The notes below the pieces were generated by a model. It saw only the letters and a list, made by a program, of their open reading frames with translations, made no database searches and was not told the origin of the DNA. A program made the position numbers and the translations under genes. DNA of 64,000 nucleotides from Candidatus Moraniibacteriota bacterium (GTDB taxonomy: Bacteria > Patescibacteriota > Minisyncoccia > Moranbacterales > UBA1568): the NCBI GenBank assembly GCA_028711705.1, contig JAQTRS010000003.1, positions 109,966-173,965 on the forward strand. Reading direction: 5' to 3'. Shown here in pieces: positions 62,342 through 64,000 of this stretch; positions within the stretch are counted from its first letter, which is position 1; every line of letters starts with the position of its first letter.

Positions 62342-63928
62342 TTGCTTTTTCTCTATCTTTTTCGTATGAAGAATATCAAGAAGCCGGTAAAGAGGGTAGT
62401 GAAGAAGGTCGCGCCTAAGAAAATGGCTGTTTCGAGCCAGAAAAAAGCGACAAAAGGAAAAGTCGCCGCTTCGAAAAAAACCATCGCTCCCAAGAAGGTG
62501 CAAAAAACGAAAGCCGTGAAATCCGTCAAGAAAGTAATGAAAAAACCAGTAAAGAAAACACCTCATCCAAAAGCGAGGGTAGCGAAGCGCGCTTTGGCAA
62601 AAAAGTTTCCTGCGAAAAAGAAGGCCCTGGTTGTCGCTAAAAAGGCGGCACCGAAGAAGAAGGTTACTGTACCCACTCCGGTGAAAAAGGTGGCCAAGGT
62701 GACCAGGCAATTGCCTTTGAGCAAGCAGAAGCCTGAAGAAAAGGCGAAGCCTGCGGCGCATAAGGCTGCCGCACCGAAAGAAGTCAAGCCGAAAAAGGAA
62801 ACCATCCGCGAGCAGAAAGCCAATCAGAAGATGGATGCCATGGAAGAGCTGATGCTGCGAGGCAAGCAGCGCGGTTTCGTGACGGAGGATGAAATTATTC
62901 ACATCCTGCCGGAAGTGGAACAGGATTTGGACAATCTTGAAGACTTGTACGAGAAGCTTGAGGCATCGGGTATCCGCGTTGTCGGATCCGATGAGATGCT
63001 CAAGATCGAGACGGACAAACTTGGCAGCGAGTATGGCGAGAAGAAGCGCACCAAGGGACCGGATATGATGGTGGCGCACAGCAATGAGGAGAGCGACGAG
63101 TCGGCTGATCTGGTGCAGATCTATTTGAAGGAAATCGGACGTGTCGCGCTCTTGAAGGGCGATGAGGAGGTGAAACTCGCGAAGCTTATTGAGAAGGGAG
63201 ATTTGGCCGCCAAGCAGAAGCTGACCGAAGCCAACCTGCGATTGGTGGTGAGTATCGCCAAAAAATATGTGGGACGCTCGCACAACCTTTCGCTCCTCGA
63301 CCTGATTCAGGAGGGCAACATCGGTTTGTTCCGCGCTGTGGAAAAATTCGATTACCGCAAGGGATACAAATTCTCGACCTATGCGACCTGGTGGATCCGT
63401 CAGGCGATCACCCGTGCCTTGGCTGATCAGGCCCGCACTATCCGTATCCCGGTGCATATGGTGGAAACGATCAACAAGTATTCGCAGGTGATGCGTCGCC
63501 TCGTGCAGGATTTGGGGCGCGAGCCGTTGCCGGAGGAGATCGCCGTCGAGATGGACCTGGAAGTCGACAAAGTGCGGCACATCCAGAAAATTTCGCAGGA
63601 AACCGTGTCGCTGGAGACATCCGTGGGCGACAGCGATGACGACAGCGTTTTGGGAGACTTCATCGAGGATACCGAGACGGTGATGCCGCATCAGGCAGCC
63701 GCTCGCAAGCTCTTGAAGGAACACATCGCCGGCGTTTTGAGCGAACTGACCCCGCGCGAGCAGAAGATTCTCAAGATCCGCTTCGGATTGGAGGATGGCG
63801 TGACGCATACCTTGGAAGAGGTGGGACAGGAATTCGGCGTGACCCGCGAGCGTATCCGCCAGATCGAGGCCAAAGCCTTGGACAAGATCCGCGAACACGA
63901 CGTGGTCAAGAAACTGCGCGATTACTAG
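62342..63928 (+). CDS. rpoD: RNA polymerase sigma factor RpoD with Lys/Ala/Pro-rich N-terminal extension
   Basis: Regions 1.2-4.2 are present ([38 protein letters not shown]). The N-terminal ~170 aa are histone-H1-like and K/A/P-rich. Confidence 0.9.
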   Translation: MLFLYLFRMKNIKKPVKRVVKKVAPKKMAVSSQKKATKGKVAASKKTIAPKKVQKTKAVKSVKKVMKKPVKKTPHPKARVAKRALAKKFPAKKKALVVAKKAAPKKKVTVPTPVKKVAKVTRQLPLSKQKPEEKAKPAAHKAAAPKEVKPKKETIREQKANQKMDAMEELMLRGKQRGFVTEDEIIHILPEVEQDLDNLEDLYEKLEASGIRVVGSDEMLKIETDKLGSEYGEKKRTKGPDMMVAHSNEESDESADLVQIYLKEIGRVALLKGDEEVKLAKLIEKGDLAAKQKLTEANLRLVVSIAKKYVGRSHNLSLLDLIQEGNIGLFRAVEKFDYRKGYKFSTYATWWIRQAITRALADQARTIRIPVHMVETINKYSQVMRRLVQDLGREPLPEEIAVEMDLEVDKVRHIQKISQETVSLETSVGDSDDDSVLGDFIEDTETVMPHQAAARKLLKEHIAGVLSELTPREQKILKIRFGLEDGVTHTLEEVGQEFGVTRERIRQIEAKALDKIREHDVVKKLRDY

Positions 63929-63936
63929 GGATATCA

Positions 63937-63961
63937 AAATCCCCTAAAAAGGGGATTTTTT
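63937..63961 (+). terminator. rho-independent terminator
   Basis: aaatcccc / taaaaa / ggggattt, followed by ttttt. Confidence 0.75.
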
Positions 63962-64000
63962 GTAATATCGAAAATTGAGAATGCTTCAAAGTGTGGTTTT

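Noticed and set aside
62288-63937. 549-aa ORF on minus strand
   Set aside because: It is antisense to rpoD. Its Leu/Arg/His-rich translation has no features.
1-64000. CRISPR arrays / cas genes
   Set aside because: No series of short, regularly spaced direct repeats and no Cas-like ORFs were seen anywhere in the window.

Overview
This 64-kb window reads as a compact chromosome segment of a small-genome bacterium. Gene content and architectures suggest a Patescibacteria/CPR-like lineage; this is an inference, and no search was run. Almost all genes are on the + strand. Coding density is high, the standard genetic code appears to apply, and nearly every gene is followed by a clear rho-independent terminator.

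Core genes present: ccdA, nusA, ppa, tig, clpP, gpmI (minus strand), rny, hup, thrS (minus strand), pyrF-like, dnaG and rpoD. There are three tRNAs: Ser-CGA, Pro-TGG and Gly-TCC.

Three accessory blocks stand out.
(1) 3.7-8.9 kb: a tandem array of seven VirB2/TrbC-like (T4SS-type) pilin paralogs. Their N-terminal ectodomains are hypervariable. One is fused to an SLT lytic-transglycosylase domain. Two adjacent genes share a 227-bp perfectly identical 3' segment, and the promoter/terminator junctions are duplicated.
(2) 20-28.5 kb: a signalling island. It holds a stand-alone FNR-like flavoprotein, a sensor-only HAMP-PAS membrane protein, an FNR-like-PAS-PAS-histidine kinase fusion, an alpha-oxoamine-synthase (CqsA/LqsA/BioF family) PLP enzyme, a multi-TM histidine kinase and a single-domain response regulator.
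(3) 28.5-48.5 kb, immediately after the island: a type IV pilus locus with pilB, pilC, four minor pilins, a PilM-PilN-LytR_C fusion and a major pilin. Two paralogous major-pilin genes flank a ~13-kb island of secreted surface proteins, including two paralog pairs and a 1924-aa LamG-containing giant protein.

No CRISPR array, integrase, transposase or reverse transcriptase is visible. All functional calls are from motif recognition by eye, so coordinates of starts are approximate where noted.
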